A DNA stretch of 64,000 bases. It comes from Polyangiales bacterium (GTDB taxonomy: Bacteria > Myxococcota_A > Polyangia > Polyangiales > Polyangiaceae). The notes beneath the pieces were generated by a model, which did not search any database, was not told where the DNA came from, and was given only the letters and a program-made list of their open reading frames with translations. Shown here piece by piece: positions 43,809 to 52,092 of this stretch. The stretch covers positions 64,001 to 128,000 of the forward strand of contig JBBRNJ010000003.1 in NCBI GenBank assembly GCA_038230375.1. The letters are read 5' to 3'. Every line of letters starts with the position of its first letter. Position 1 is the stretch's first letter. The translations under genes and the position numbers were made by a program.

Positions 43809-44639
43809 TCAGCCGCGGAGCAGACCAAGGGCCAGCTGCGGCGCCTGGTTCGCTTGCGCAAGGATCGCGCTGCCAGCCTGCGAGAGGACCTGGGTGCGCG
43901 AGAGCTGGCTGGTCTCCTCTGCAACGTCGACGTCGCGGATGCGCGAGTCGGCGGCTGACAGGTTCACGCGGGCGGAGTCGATGTTCGCCGAGGTGATGGT
44001 CAGACGGTTCTGGACCGCGCCGAAGCGCGCGCGGGCCGTGGAGACCTTGGAGAGCGCGGCGTCGATGGTATCGAGCGACGCCTGCGAGGTGGCGGCAAGG
44101 CCCGAGAGCGTGGTCGTTGCCGAGACCAGCGAGGTGAGGTGGATGCCACCGAACGTGATCTGCAGGCGATCGTTCGACGTGTTGTTGATACCCACCTGGA
44201 AGTCGACCGTGCTGGACACCGCGTTGTTGATGAGCTGCTGCCCATTGAACTTGGTGGCCGTCATGATGCGCTTCACTTCGGACTGGAGCGACATGAACTC
44301 CGTCTGCAGGTAGGCGCGGTCGCTGGTCTGCAGTGAGCCGTTGGCGCCCTGGGTCGCAAGCTCGCGCATGCGCCCGAGGATGTCGGTGATGGAGCCAAGC
44401 GCGCCTTCAGCCGTCTGCGCCATGCTGGACGCGTCGTTCGCGTTGCGCTGCGCTACCGTATAGGAGCGGATCTGCATGCGCATGCTGTCCGAGATGGCGA
44501 GGCCAGCGGCGTCGTCCTTCGCGGAGTTGATGCGGTAACCGCTCGAGAGCCTGCTGAAGCTCGTCGCGAGGTTCATCTGGGTATGAGAGAGGTTGGTCTG
44601 TGCCGTGAGCGAGGCGATGTTCGAATTGATGGTGAGCAT
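43809..44639 (-). CDS. fliC: Flagellin (276 aa, D0/D1 with minimal variable region)
   Basis: LSSGYRINSAKDDAAGLAI, RMRELATQ, TKFNG, GAVQNRL, SRIRDVDVAEE, QANQAPQ. Confidence 0.96.
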   Translation of the reverse strand: MLTINSNIASLTAQTNLSHTQMNLATSFSRLSSGYRINSAKDDAAGLAISDSMRMQIRSYTVAQRNANDASSMAQTAEGALGSITDILGRMRELATQGANGSLQTSDRAYLQTEFMSLQSEVKRIMTATKFNGQQLINNAVSSTVDFQVGINNTSNDRLQITFGGIHLTSLVSATTTLSGLAATSQASLDTIDAALSKVSTARARFGAVQNRLTITSANIDSARVNLSAADSRIRDVDVAEETSQLSRTQVLSQAGSAILAQANQAPQLALGLLRG

Positions 44640-44718
44640 GGTCTTTCCCCTTCCTGGAGATCGCGGGGATTGGCCACCGTGGCCTTTCACCCGAGGGCGT
44701 CATTGCCCTGCAATCCCT

Positions 44719-44745
44719 GGAACGGAACCCACTCACCAACCATGA
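44719..44745 (-). promoter_or_regulatory. Putative sigma28 (FliA)-type promoter of the flagellin at 44639
   Basis: Minus strand TCAT-N15-TCCGTTCC (consensus TAAA-N15-GCCGATAA). Confidence 0.45.
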
Positions 44746-44753
44746 GAAGAAAT

Positions 44754-44867
44754 CGACAACGACAACGACTTCGACGGCACCCTCGACTTCGACAACGACC
44801 TCGACCTCGACAACGACCTCGACTTCGACAACGACTTCGACTTCGACATCGACTTCGACTTCGACCT
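44754..44867. repeat. Degenerate hexamer array (CGACNN)x19 between the flagellin genes
   Basis: Units CGACAA, CGACTT, CGACCT, CGACAT read directly; one CGACGG and one aberrant CACCCT. Confidence 0.95.
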
Positions 44868-44868
44868 C

Positions 44869-44897
44869 GGTCGCCAACCGTCAGCTGGTTGGCGACC
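44869..44897 (-). terminator. Perfect 11-bp stem-loop after the upstream flagellin (no U-tract)
   Basis: GGTCGCCAACC-N7-GGTTGGCGACC, 14 bp beyond the stop codon. Confidence 0.6.
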
Positions 44898-44911
44898 TTG
44901 CAGCGAATCCT

Positions 44912-45739
44912 TTAGCGAAGCAGCGCCAGGGCCATTTGCGGCGACTGGTTTGCCTGCGCGAGGATCGACGTGCCTGCCTGCGAGAGCACCTGGGTGCGCG
45001 AGAGCATCGCGGTCTCCGACGCCACATCGACGTCGCGGATGCGCGAGTTCGCGGCGGAGAGGTTCAGGCTCGCCGTCTGGATGTTGGACGAGGTGATTTC
45101 GAGGCGGTTCATCACGGCGCCGAAGCGGCCGCGCGTGGTGGAGACCGTCTTGAGCGCCGCGTCGATCGTGTCGAGCGCTGCCTGGGCGTTCGCCCCCACG
45201 CCGGACACGAAGGTAGCGGTGGAGACGAGCGCCGAGAGGTGCACGCCGCCGAACGTCACCGCGATGCGGTCATCGGAGGTGTTGTTGATGCCGACCTGGA
45301 AGGACACCGACGAGCTCGTCTGGGTGACCAGCTGCTGGCCGTTGAACTTGGTGGCCGTCAGGATGCGCTTGACCTCGGACTGGAGCGACTTGAACTCCGT
45401 CGCGAGATACGCGCGGTCGCTGGTCTGCAGCGAGCCGTTGGCGCCCTGGGTTGCAAGCTCGCGCATGCGGCCAAGGATGTCCGTGACCTGCCCGAGCGCG
45501 CCGTCCGCGGTCTGCGCCATACTGATGCCGTCGTTCGTGTTGCGACCGGCGACCGTGTAGCTGCGGATCTGGCTCTGCATGCTGTCCGAGATGGCGAGGC
45601 CAGCGGCGTCGTCAGCAGAGGAGTTGATGCGGTAGCCGCTCGAGAGTCGAGCGAAGCTCTTTGAGAGCGAGGCCTGGGTTGCGCTGAGGTTCTTCTGCGC
45701 CGAGAGTGACCCGACGTTCGTATTGATTGTGACAGCCAT
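44912..45739 (-). CDS. fliC: Flagellin (275 aa), paralogue
   Basis: MAVTINTN, LSSGYRINSSADDAAGLAI, RMRELATQ, SRIRDVDVASE; AAGGAG SD. Confidence 0.96.
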   Translation of the reverse strand: MAVTINTNVGSLSAQKNLSATQASLSKSFARLSSGYRINSSADDAAGLAISDSMQSQIRSYTVAGRNTNDGISMAQTADGALGQVTDILGRMRELATQGANGSLQTSDRAYLATEFKSLQSEVKRILTATKFNGQQLVTQTSSSVSFQVGINNTSDDRIAVTFGGVHLSALVSTATFVSGVGANAQAALDTIDAALKTVSTTRGRFGAVMNRLEITSSNIQTASLNLSAANSRIRDVDVASETAMLSRTQVLSQAGTSILAQANQSPQMALALLR

Positions 45740-45808
45740 GGACGTTCTCCTTCTTGGAGCTCACGACGCGTTGCGCGTCATGTAGAGGCGTTATGCCTCT
45801 GAAGAAGG

Positions 45809-45835
45809 TGAACGGCGGTTACGACAATGCCTTGA
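45809..45835 (-). promoter_or_regulatory. Putative sigma28 (FliA)-type promoter of the flagellin at 45739
   Basis: Minus strand TCAA-N15-GCCGTTCA. Confidence 0.6.
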
Positions 45836-45880
45836 CGCCTGGCCGTCAAATAGTTGCAGGCCGCACGATGGCGCTCTGGC

Positions 45881-46885
45881 TTACGCGGCGTGGCCGATCA
45901 TGTTCATCAGCTCGTCGACCGAGAGTCGCTCTGGCGCGGTGTTGCTGACGAGTGAGAAGTTCGCAGGCACCTGCTCTGCGTCGGGCCACGCGTCCTGCGG
46001 CCACCACGGATGCGCCGGCCGCACGACGTACTTGTCTCCCACGTCGAGGGTGCGCGCGGTCTCCTCCTCGCTGAGGAGCGCCTCGTGGAGCTTCTCACCG
46101 GGGCGAATCCCCACGGTCTTGATGCGGCACTCGGGCGCCATCGCGTTCGCGAGGTCCACGATGTTCATGGTCTTCAGCTTCGGAATGAACACCTCGCCGC
46201 CGCACATCTGCTCGATGCAGCCGATGACGAACTTCACGCCCTGGTCCAGCGTGAGCCAGAAGCGCGTCATGTTCGGATCCGTGACCGTGAGCTCACCGTG
46301 CTCACGCTGCTGCGCGAAGAGCGGGACCACGCTGCCGCGGCTGCCCACGACATTGCCGTAGCGCACGCATGCGAGGCGCGTAGGACCGTCGCCCCGATAG
46401 GCGTTGGCCTGCACGAAGAGCTTCTCTGCGACGAGCTTGGTCGCGCCATACAGGTTCGCCGGGTTCACGGCCTTGTCGGTGGAGAGCGCGAGCACGCGCG
46501 AAACGCCGGCGTCAAGCGCGGCGTCGATCACGTTGCGGCTGCCGTTCACGTTCGTCATGACGGCTTCGATCGGATTGTATTCGCAGGCGACGACCTGCTT
46601 GAGCGCGGCGGCATGCACCACCACGTCCACGCCCTTCATGGCGCGCGTGAGACGCTCGCGGTCGCGGATGTCGCCAATGAAGTAGCGCAGACGCGGATCG
46701 TCGAAGCCACCCACGCGCATCTCGTGCTGCTTCAGCTCGTCGCGGCTGAAGACGATGACCTTCGCGGCCTTCTGCTCGTCCAGCATGCTGCGCACGAAGA
46801 CGCGCCCGAACGAGCCCGTGGCGCCCGTGCACAGGACTGTCTTCTTGGTCCAATCGAAGGGGATGCGCGTGACCTGCTTCTTCAT
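45881..46885 (-). CDS. pseB: UDP-N-acetylglucosamine 4,6-dehydratase (inverting)
   Basis: TGATGSFG, FSRDELKQ, HAAALKQV..CEYNP, STDKAVNPANLYGATK, RYGNVVGSRGSV, MTRFW, IRPGEKLHE. Confidence 0.93.
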   Translation of the reverse strand: MKKQVTRIPFDWTKKTVLCTGATGSFGRVFVRSMLDEQKAAKVIVFSRDELKQHEMRVGGFDDPRLRYFIGDIRDRERLTRAMKGVDVVVHAAALKQVVACEYNPIEAVMTNVNGSRNVIDAALDAGVSRVLALSTDKAVNPANLYGATKLVAEKLFVQANAYRGDGPTRLACVRYGNVVGSRGSVVPLFAQQREHGELTVTDPNMTRFWLTLDQGVKFVIGCIEQMCGGEVFIPKLKTMNIVDLANAMAPECRIKTVGIRPGEKLHEALLSEEETARTLDVGDKYVVRPAHPWWPQDAWPDAEQVPANFSLVSNTAPERLSVDELMNMIGHAA

Positions 46886-46892
46886 TGTCGAC

Positions 46893-47567
46893 CTACTCTC
46901 CATCCTTCAGCTCTGACTTCTGCGTGCTCTTCACGGCATCGAGCGACGCGAGGGTCGCTTCGTCGATCCGATCCATCCTGTCGGCGATCACCGCGGCCGT
47001 TGGCGGCAGCGCTGGACCTGCGGTGCCCGGTCGTGCGCCGAACGTGCCAACCGGTCTGTTCGCGCCCGCAGGGAAATTCTCCCCCGAGAGCGAGTCCACG
47101 AGCCGCGTGTACGTCGCCTCGTTCCCGGTGAAGTAGCCGTGCGTCTTCAGCGCGTGCACGAACGCGTGCGAGTCACCGCGGTCCGCGGCGGACAGCGCGT
47201 CGCCAAAGCGCGTGTGCAAGAGGTGCAGGTAGTCCTTCGCGCCTTCTTCCTTGCTCTGGTAGGCGCGGAAGTTGTCCCTGATCGTGACCTCGGTCGGGCC
47301 GTCGCCCTCCTTGGTCTTGTACGCGGTCGTGAGGCCGGAGGGACCGGTGCCCTTGATGCCGCCAAAGTTGTAGTTGATCATGGCCTGCGTGCGGCCCGTT
47401 TCAAGGGCGACCTGCGCGGCCAGGATCTTGGTGGTCTTCTCGCTGGGCACGCGGCCCATCTCGGCTTCGAAGGCGTGCGAGAGCGCGTCCTTCACTGCTT
47501 GCATGCCGATCGGCGTCGCCTCGGGGGCTACGTGCTGGCTCGGCTGGGAGACGCGGGAGGAGGACAC
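46893..47567 (-). CDS. GH73 glucosaminidase-domain protein (FlgJ-like muramidase)
   Basis: AQVALETG, YNFGGIKG, FRAYQSKEEGAKDY, GYFT...Y. Confidence 0.8.
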   Translation of the reverse strand: MSSSRVSQPSQHVAPEATPIGMQAVKDALSHAFEAEMGRVPSEKTTKILAAQVALETGRTQAMINYNFGGIKGTGPSGLTTAYKTKEGDGPTEVTIRDNFRAYQSKEEGAKDYLHLLHTRFGDALSAADRGDSHAFVHALKTHGYFTGNEATYTRLVDSLSGENFPAGANRPVGTFGARPGTAGPALPPTAAVIADRMDRIDEATLASLDAVKSTQKSELKDGE

Positions 47568-47569
47568 GT

Positions 47570-47644
47570 GGGGTGGTGGAGCAAGGGGCGGGCCGGGGAG
47601 AGGGGATCGGGCACGGGCACGGGCACGGGCACGTTTACGGGGGG
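47570..47644 (+). repeat. G-rich tract including (CGGGCA)x4; G-quadruplex-compatible
   Basis: Ten runs of at least 3 G within 75 bp; (CGGGCA)4 at 47608-47631. Confidence 0.85.
47580..47595 (-). promoter_or_regulatory. sigma54 promoter for GH73-pseB
   Basis: Minus strand CGGCCCG-CCCC-TTGCT, 12 bp before GTG 47567. Confidence 0.55.
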
Positions 47645-47708
47645 AGAGAGAGCTGCGCTCGCCAACTCGGTGACACCGGGTACGTCAATGAACGTGTAGG
47701 CTGGGTGG

Positions 47709-48533
47709 GTGAAGGGCAGCCGATTTCAGGGGTGCGTTGTTGTCACCGGGGCTTCGTCGGGGATTGGTTTGTCAATTGCTCGCGAGGTGGCGGCGCGCGC
47801 GAAGACCTTGATCTTGGTGGCTCGGCGGCGTGCTCGGCTGGATGCTCTGGCTGTGGAATTGCGTGAGAAGTACACGCAGTGCGAGGTGGTCGTGATGACT
47901 TGCGACCTTGGCGATCGGGCGGCTACCCGGGCGCTTGCTGCGGAGCTCGTTGCTCGGCCCGATGGTGTCGACGTGCTCGTGAACAATGCTGGTCTTGGCG
48001 ACATGGGCGTGTTCGAGCGCGCTTCGGAGGAGAAGACCCTGGGCATGCTCGAGGTCAACGTCGCCGCCGTGATCATCCTCACGCGCGCGCTGCTGCCCGC
48101 CATGGTCACCCGCCGGTCTGGCGGCGTGCTCTTCATCAGCTCCGGGTTCGGGCTGGGCTATCTGCCTTCTTTCTCCGCGTACGTCGGCACGAAGCACTTC
48201 ATCACCGGGATGGCGAACACATTGCGCGCGGAGCTCTCGGGCACCGGCGTCAGCATCACGCAGGTCTGCCCAGGCCCCGTCGCCACCGAGTTCGAGGAGA
48301 ACGCGGGCAATTTCACGGGCCGCAAGGTCCCGGGCTTCATCGAGATCAGCGCCGACCACTGCGCGCGCGCTGCCGTGAATGGCTTCGAATCCAACCGCGC
48401 CATCGTCATCCCCGGCCTCTTCATGAAGCTCGCAATGCTCGTGAACGGGTGGACCGCGGGGTTCATCTACCGACCCATCGCCGCTCTTCTGGGCCGGCTC
48501 GCCCGGAAGGCCCAGCTCGGAAAAGCGGAGTAG
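47709..48533 (+). CDS. Short-chain dehydrogenase/reductase
   Basis: TGASSGIG, LVNNAG, YVGTK, CPGPVATEF. Confidence 0.92.
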   Translation: MKGSRFQGCVVVTGASSGIGLSIAREVAARAKTLILVARRRARLDALAVELREKYTQCEVVVMTCDLGDRAATRALAAELVARPDGVDVLVNNAGLGDMGVFERASEEKTLGMLEVNVAAVIILTRALLPAMVTRRSGGVLFISSGFGLGYLPSFSAYVGTKHFITGMANTLRAELSGTGVSITQVCPGPVATEFEENAGNFTGRKVPGFIEISADHCARAAVNGFESNRAIVIPGLFMKLAMLVNGWTAGFIYRPIAALLGRLARKAQLGKAE

Positions 48534-48575
48534 GTGTTTGAGGGATGGTGTGACCGTGGTTACAATGGTCAACAC

Positions 48576-49292
48576 ATGAGCGACGTGAAGAAGCCGACCC
48601 CGCCGCCATTCGGCATGCCCAACCCGATGCGGCCCACCATCTCATCGCGCCCGCCTCCGTCCGGGCCGACCAGCGCGCCCGTCACCATCCCGTCGCAGTC
48701 ACGGCCGCCTGGCCCCAGCGTTCCCGGCACCTCACCCTCGCGTCCGCCGCCCAGCGGTCCGACCAGCGGGGTCAGCCCGTCGCGCCCTCCCGGTTCTGGT
48801 GGAACGCATTCGCGTCCGCCCATCCCTGGGCCGCCCAAGCCCGCATCGTTGCATGAGGCACTGAAGGAGGCGCAGGCGCTCGGTGGCGGCGCCCAATCGC
48901 GTCCGCCGCCCGCGCCGGCGGCACCGCCGGGTCGCAAGTCCGTGCTGCTCGTCGACGACGACGCCAACGTCCGCGCCGAGCTCGCGAAGCTCCTCGTCGA
49001 ATTCTACGACGTGCATGAGGCGGGCGATGGCGCCAAGGCCGCGGAGATGTGCACGGTCATGTCGCCCTCGCTCATCGTGTGTGACGTCATCATGCCAAAG
49101 ATGGACGGCTTCTCGTTCGCGAAGGTGCTGCGCAGTAACCCGCGCCTGGCGAAGGTGCCGCTCGTGTTCCTCACGTCGCGCCAGAGCCCCGCCGAGGTGA
49201 TGCAGGGCCTCAGCCTGGGCGCGCGGGCGTACATCCCGAAGCCGTTCGTCGCGAAGGACGTCGTGGGCAAGATCCGAAAGATGCTGGGCTGA
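48576..49292 (+). CDS. Response regulator: Pro/Ser-rich N-terminus plus C-terminal receiver domain
   Basis: VLLVDDD, CDVIMPKMDG, FLTS, YIPKPF. Confidence 0.9.
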   Translation: MSDVKKPTPPPFGMPNPMRPTISSRPPPSGPTSAPVTIPSQSRPPGPSVPGTSPSRPPPSGPTSGVSPSRPPGSGGTHSRPPIPGPPKPASLHEALKEAQALGGGAQSRPPPAPAAPPGRKSVLLVDDDANVRAELAKLLVEFYDVHEAGDGAKAAEMCTVMSPSLIVCDVIMPKMDGFSFAKVLRSNPRLAKVPLVFLTSRQSPAEVMQGLSLGARAYIPKPFVAKDVVGKIRKMLG

Positions 49293-50260
49293 TGGAGTTC
49301 CGCATCGGCAAGATCCCCGTGAAGGTGCATGCCGCGTTTGCCATCACGGCGTTGCTCTTGTCGCTGTCCACCAACGACCCAGTCAAGATCGCCATCTTCG
49401 CCGCCGTGATGTTCGTTGGCGTCCTTCTCCATGAGCTCGGTCATGCCTTCACGGGCATCGCATTCGGGCTCGCGCCGCGTATCGATCTCCACGCCATGGG
49501 CGGCACCACTTCCTGGCCGGAAGGCCGGAAAATTGGCTGGGGCAAGAGCATGCTCATCAGCGCTGCGGGGCCGTTCACCGGCATCATCCTCGGCGGCGCT
49601 GCGTTCATCGCCACGCAAATGGTCGGCGCGCCGGAGAGCCCGCTCGCCGCGACCGCCATCTCCGATTTCATCTACATCAACGCTGTCTGGGGCGTGTTCA
49701 ACCTTGCGCCCATGATGCCGCTCGACGGCGGCAACATCATGCTCGCCGCGCTCCAGATGATCACCAAGGGCCGGGGCGAGAAGCCCACCCGCTACATCTC
49801 CATCGCTGTCGCCGCGGTCTGCGGCATCCTCGCATTGCGTGCATCCTACACATGGGGCGCCGTCCTCTCGGGCCTCTTCCTGTTCCGCAACGTGCAGGCG
49901 CTCCGGCAGGTGGGCCGCGCGAAGGACGAAGTGCAACACTTCGAGCGCCTGAAGGAGGGCTTTGCCGCGCTCGAGCGCAAGGAGGGCCGCCCCGCCATCA
50001 TGCAGGCGGAGCAGGTGCTCGAGAGCACGCAGGTGCCGGAGCTCCGCTTCGAGGCGCTGCGCCTGCTCGCCTACGCACGCGTGCTCGAGGGCCAGTGGGG
50101 TCCGCTCATGTCGCTGCTGGAGCGCTGCCGGCTGGAGCTCGGCCCCGCAGAGCTCGAGCGCCTGGAGCAGGCAGCCACGGAGAGCGACCGCCCAGAGGAG
50201 GCGCGCCGCATCAAGGAGCTCCGCGAGATGCCAGCCGCAGTAGCTGGCTTCCGAGCATGA
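49292..50260 (+). CDS. Site-2 protease (M50) with C-terminal TPR-like helices
   Basis: LLHELGHA, AAGP, FNLAPMMPLDGG; TGATG overlap with the regulator gene. Confidence 0.9.
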   Translation: MEFRIGKIPVKVHAAFAITALLLSLSTNDPVKIAIFAAVMFVGVLLHELGHAFTGIAFGLAPRIDLHAMGGTTSWPEGRKIGWGKSMLISAAGPFTGIILGGAAFIATQMVGAPESPLAATAISDFIYINAVWGVFNLAPMMPLDGGNIMLAALQMITKGRGEKPTRYISIAVAAVCGILALRASYTWGAVLSGLFLFRNVQALRQVGRAKDEVQHFERLKEGFAALERKEGRPAIMQAEQVLESTQVPELRFEALRLLAYARVLEGQWGPLMSLLERCRLELGPAELERLEQAATESDRPEEARRIKELREMPAAVAGFRA

Positions 50261-50284
50261 CCAAAATCCACTAGCCTCTGCCGC

Positions 50285-52069
50285 ATGGCGGACAACCTCG
50301 GCACGGTGAAGACGGTCCCGGACGCTTTCGAGCGCGCGAAGAAGCAGTTCGACGGTCGCGCGGCGCTCAAGGTGAAGCGCAACGGGAAGTGGCAGACGCT
50401 CACGTGGAGCGAGTACTACGAGGCATCGCGAAAGGTCGCGAAGGCGTTCATCAAGCTCGGTCTCAAACCGCATCAGGGCGTCGCCATCATCGGCTACAAC
50501 TCGCCCGAGTGGCTCATGGCGGACCTGGGGGCCATCCTCGCGGGCGGCGTGCCTGCAGGCATCTACACCACCAGCACCGCCGACCAGGCGCACTACATCG
50601 CGCACCACTCCGAGGCCGCCATCCTCGTCGCCGAGAACGACGAGCAGGTCCAGAAGTTCCTCTCCAAGACCGCGGAGCTTCCGCATCACCGCGCCATCGT
50701 GCAGATGAGCGGCACGCCCACGCATCCCAGCGTGCTCTCGTGGGAGAAGCTCATCGCGCTCGCGTCGGACGTGAAGGACGAGGAGCTGGAAGAGCGCATC
50801 GTCGCGCAGAAACCCAACGACACCGCCACGCTCATCTACACGTCGGGCACCACCGGTGAACCGAAGGCCGTGATGATCACGCACGAGAACATCGTGTGGA
50901 CCGCCGACGCGCTCGCGCACTCGCTGGGCTTCGGCTCGGACGACGTGGGCGTGAGCTACCTGCCGCTGTCGCACATCGCCGAGCAGATGCTCACCATCCA
51001 CGGCCCCATTCGCATGGGCGCGGCCATCGCGTTCTCGGAGAGCGTGGAGAAGCTCCCCGAGGCGCTCAAGGACATCCGCCCCACCTACTTCCTGGGCGTG
51101 CCGCGTGTCTGGGAAAAGATGCAGGGAAAGATGATGGCGGCCGGGGCGTCCGCGCCGCCGCTCCGCAAGAAGATCGCCGCGTGGGCGCGCGGTATCGGAC
51201 TGCGCGGCGGCTATGCGGACCAGAACCGCACGGGCCGGCCGCTGCTCTTCCCCCTGGCCGAGAAGCTGGTCTTCTCCAAGGTGCGCGAGCGCCTGGGCCT
51301 GGATCGCGCGCGGTTCTGCGTCACTGCGGCCGCCCCCATCTCGAAGGACACGCTGGAGTTCTTCCTCTCGCTCGGCATCCCCATCCTCGAGGTGTACGGC
51401 ATGAGCGAGTGCACCGGCCCCGCGACCTACTCACCGCCGGACGCCTACAAGACCGGGCTCTGCGGCGTGGTCATTCCCGGTGGGGAGCTCAAGATCGCGG
51501 AGGACGGTGAGGTCCTCATGCGCGGCCCCCATGTGTTCCGTGGATACTACAAGGATCCCGAATCCACGCGCGCCGCCCTGGACGAGGACGGGTGGCTCCA
51601 CTCCGGCGACATTGGCACCATCGACAAGGACGGCTACCTCCGCATCACCGACCGCAAGAAGGATCTCCTCATCACCGCTGGCGGCGAGAACATCGCCCCC
51701 CAGGTCATCGAGGGCATCCTCAAGTCCATCCCGATCATCGCGCAGGCGGTGGTCGTTGGTGACCGCCAGAAGTACCTCGGCGCGCTGGTCACGCTGGACG
51801 CGGAGCGGGTGGAAAAGGAGGCGCAGGAGATCGGCAGCCCCGCCAGGAACGTCGACCAGGCGGCCACGTGCCCCATATTCCGAGCCCACATCGAGGCGCA
51901 GATCAACCTGGTGAACGAGAAGCTCGCGCGCGTGCAGACCATCAAGAAATTCCAGGTGATCGCCGGGGAGTTCAGCATCGATGGCGGCGAGCTCACCCCG
52001 ACCATGAAGATCAAGCGGAAGGTCGTGAGCGAGAAGTACAAGGCTCAGATCGCGGCTCTCTATGCCTGA
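50285..52069 (+). CDS. Long-chain fatty-acid-CoA ligase
   Basis: YTSGTTGEPKAV, YLPLSHI, GVPRVWEK, YGMSE, GWLHSGD, DRKKDL, LTPTMK. Confidence 0.93.
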   Translation: MADNLGTVKTVPDAFERAKKQFDGRAALKVKRNGKWQTLTWSEYYEASRKVAKAFIKLGLKPHQGVAIIGYNSPEWLMADLGAILAGGVPAGIYTTSTADQAHYIAHHSEAAILVAENDEQVQKFLSKTAELPHHRAIVQMSGTPTHPSVLSWEKLIALASDVKDEELEERIVAQKPNDTATLIYTSGTTGEPKAVMITHENIVWTADALAHSLGFGSDDVGVSYLPLSHIAEQMLTIHGPIRMGAAIAFSESVEKLPEALKDIRPTYFLGVPRVWEKMQGKMMAAGASAPPLRKKIAAWARGIGLRGGYADQNRTGRPLLFPLAEKLVFSKVRERLGLDRARFCVTAAAPISKDTLEFFLSLGIPILEVYGMSECTGPATYSPPDAYKTGLCGVVIPGGELKIAEDGEVLMRGPHVFRGYYKDPESTRAALDEDGWLHSGDIGTIDKDGYLRITDRKKDLLITAGGENIAPQVIEGILKSIPIIAQAVVVGDRQKYLGALVTLDAERVEKEAQEIGSPARNVDQAATCPIFRAHIEAQINLVNEKLARVQTIKKFQVIAGEFSIDGGELTPTMKIKRKVVSEKYKAQIAALYA

Positions 52070-52092
52070 TTCCCGTGCTATTCTGGGCGGCT

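Noticed and set aside
44660..44718. Possible c-di-GMP-I riboswitch in the flagellin leader (GGGCAA...GACGC)
   Set aside because: The P2 stem with a GNRA tetraloop and the GCAAA element are missing; cannot be supported without an Infernal search
44407..44877. ORF starting with (VE)n
   Set aside because: Repeat-derived, overlaps flagellin out of frame, and starts inside a hairpin
51868..52092. N-terminal extension of the sugar-transferase ORF
   Set aside because: Overlaps the acyl-CoA ligase out of frame; TATTCT followed by GTG 52093 is the better start
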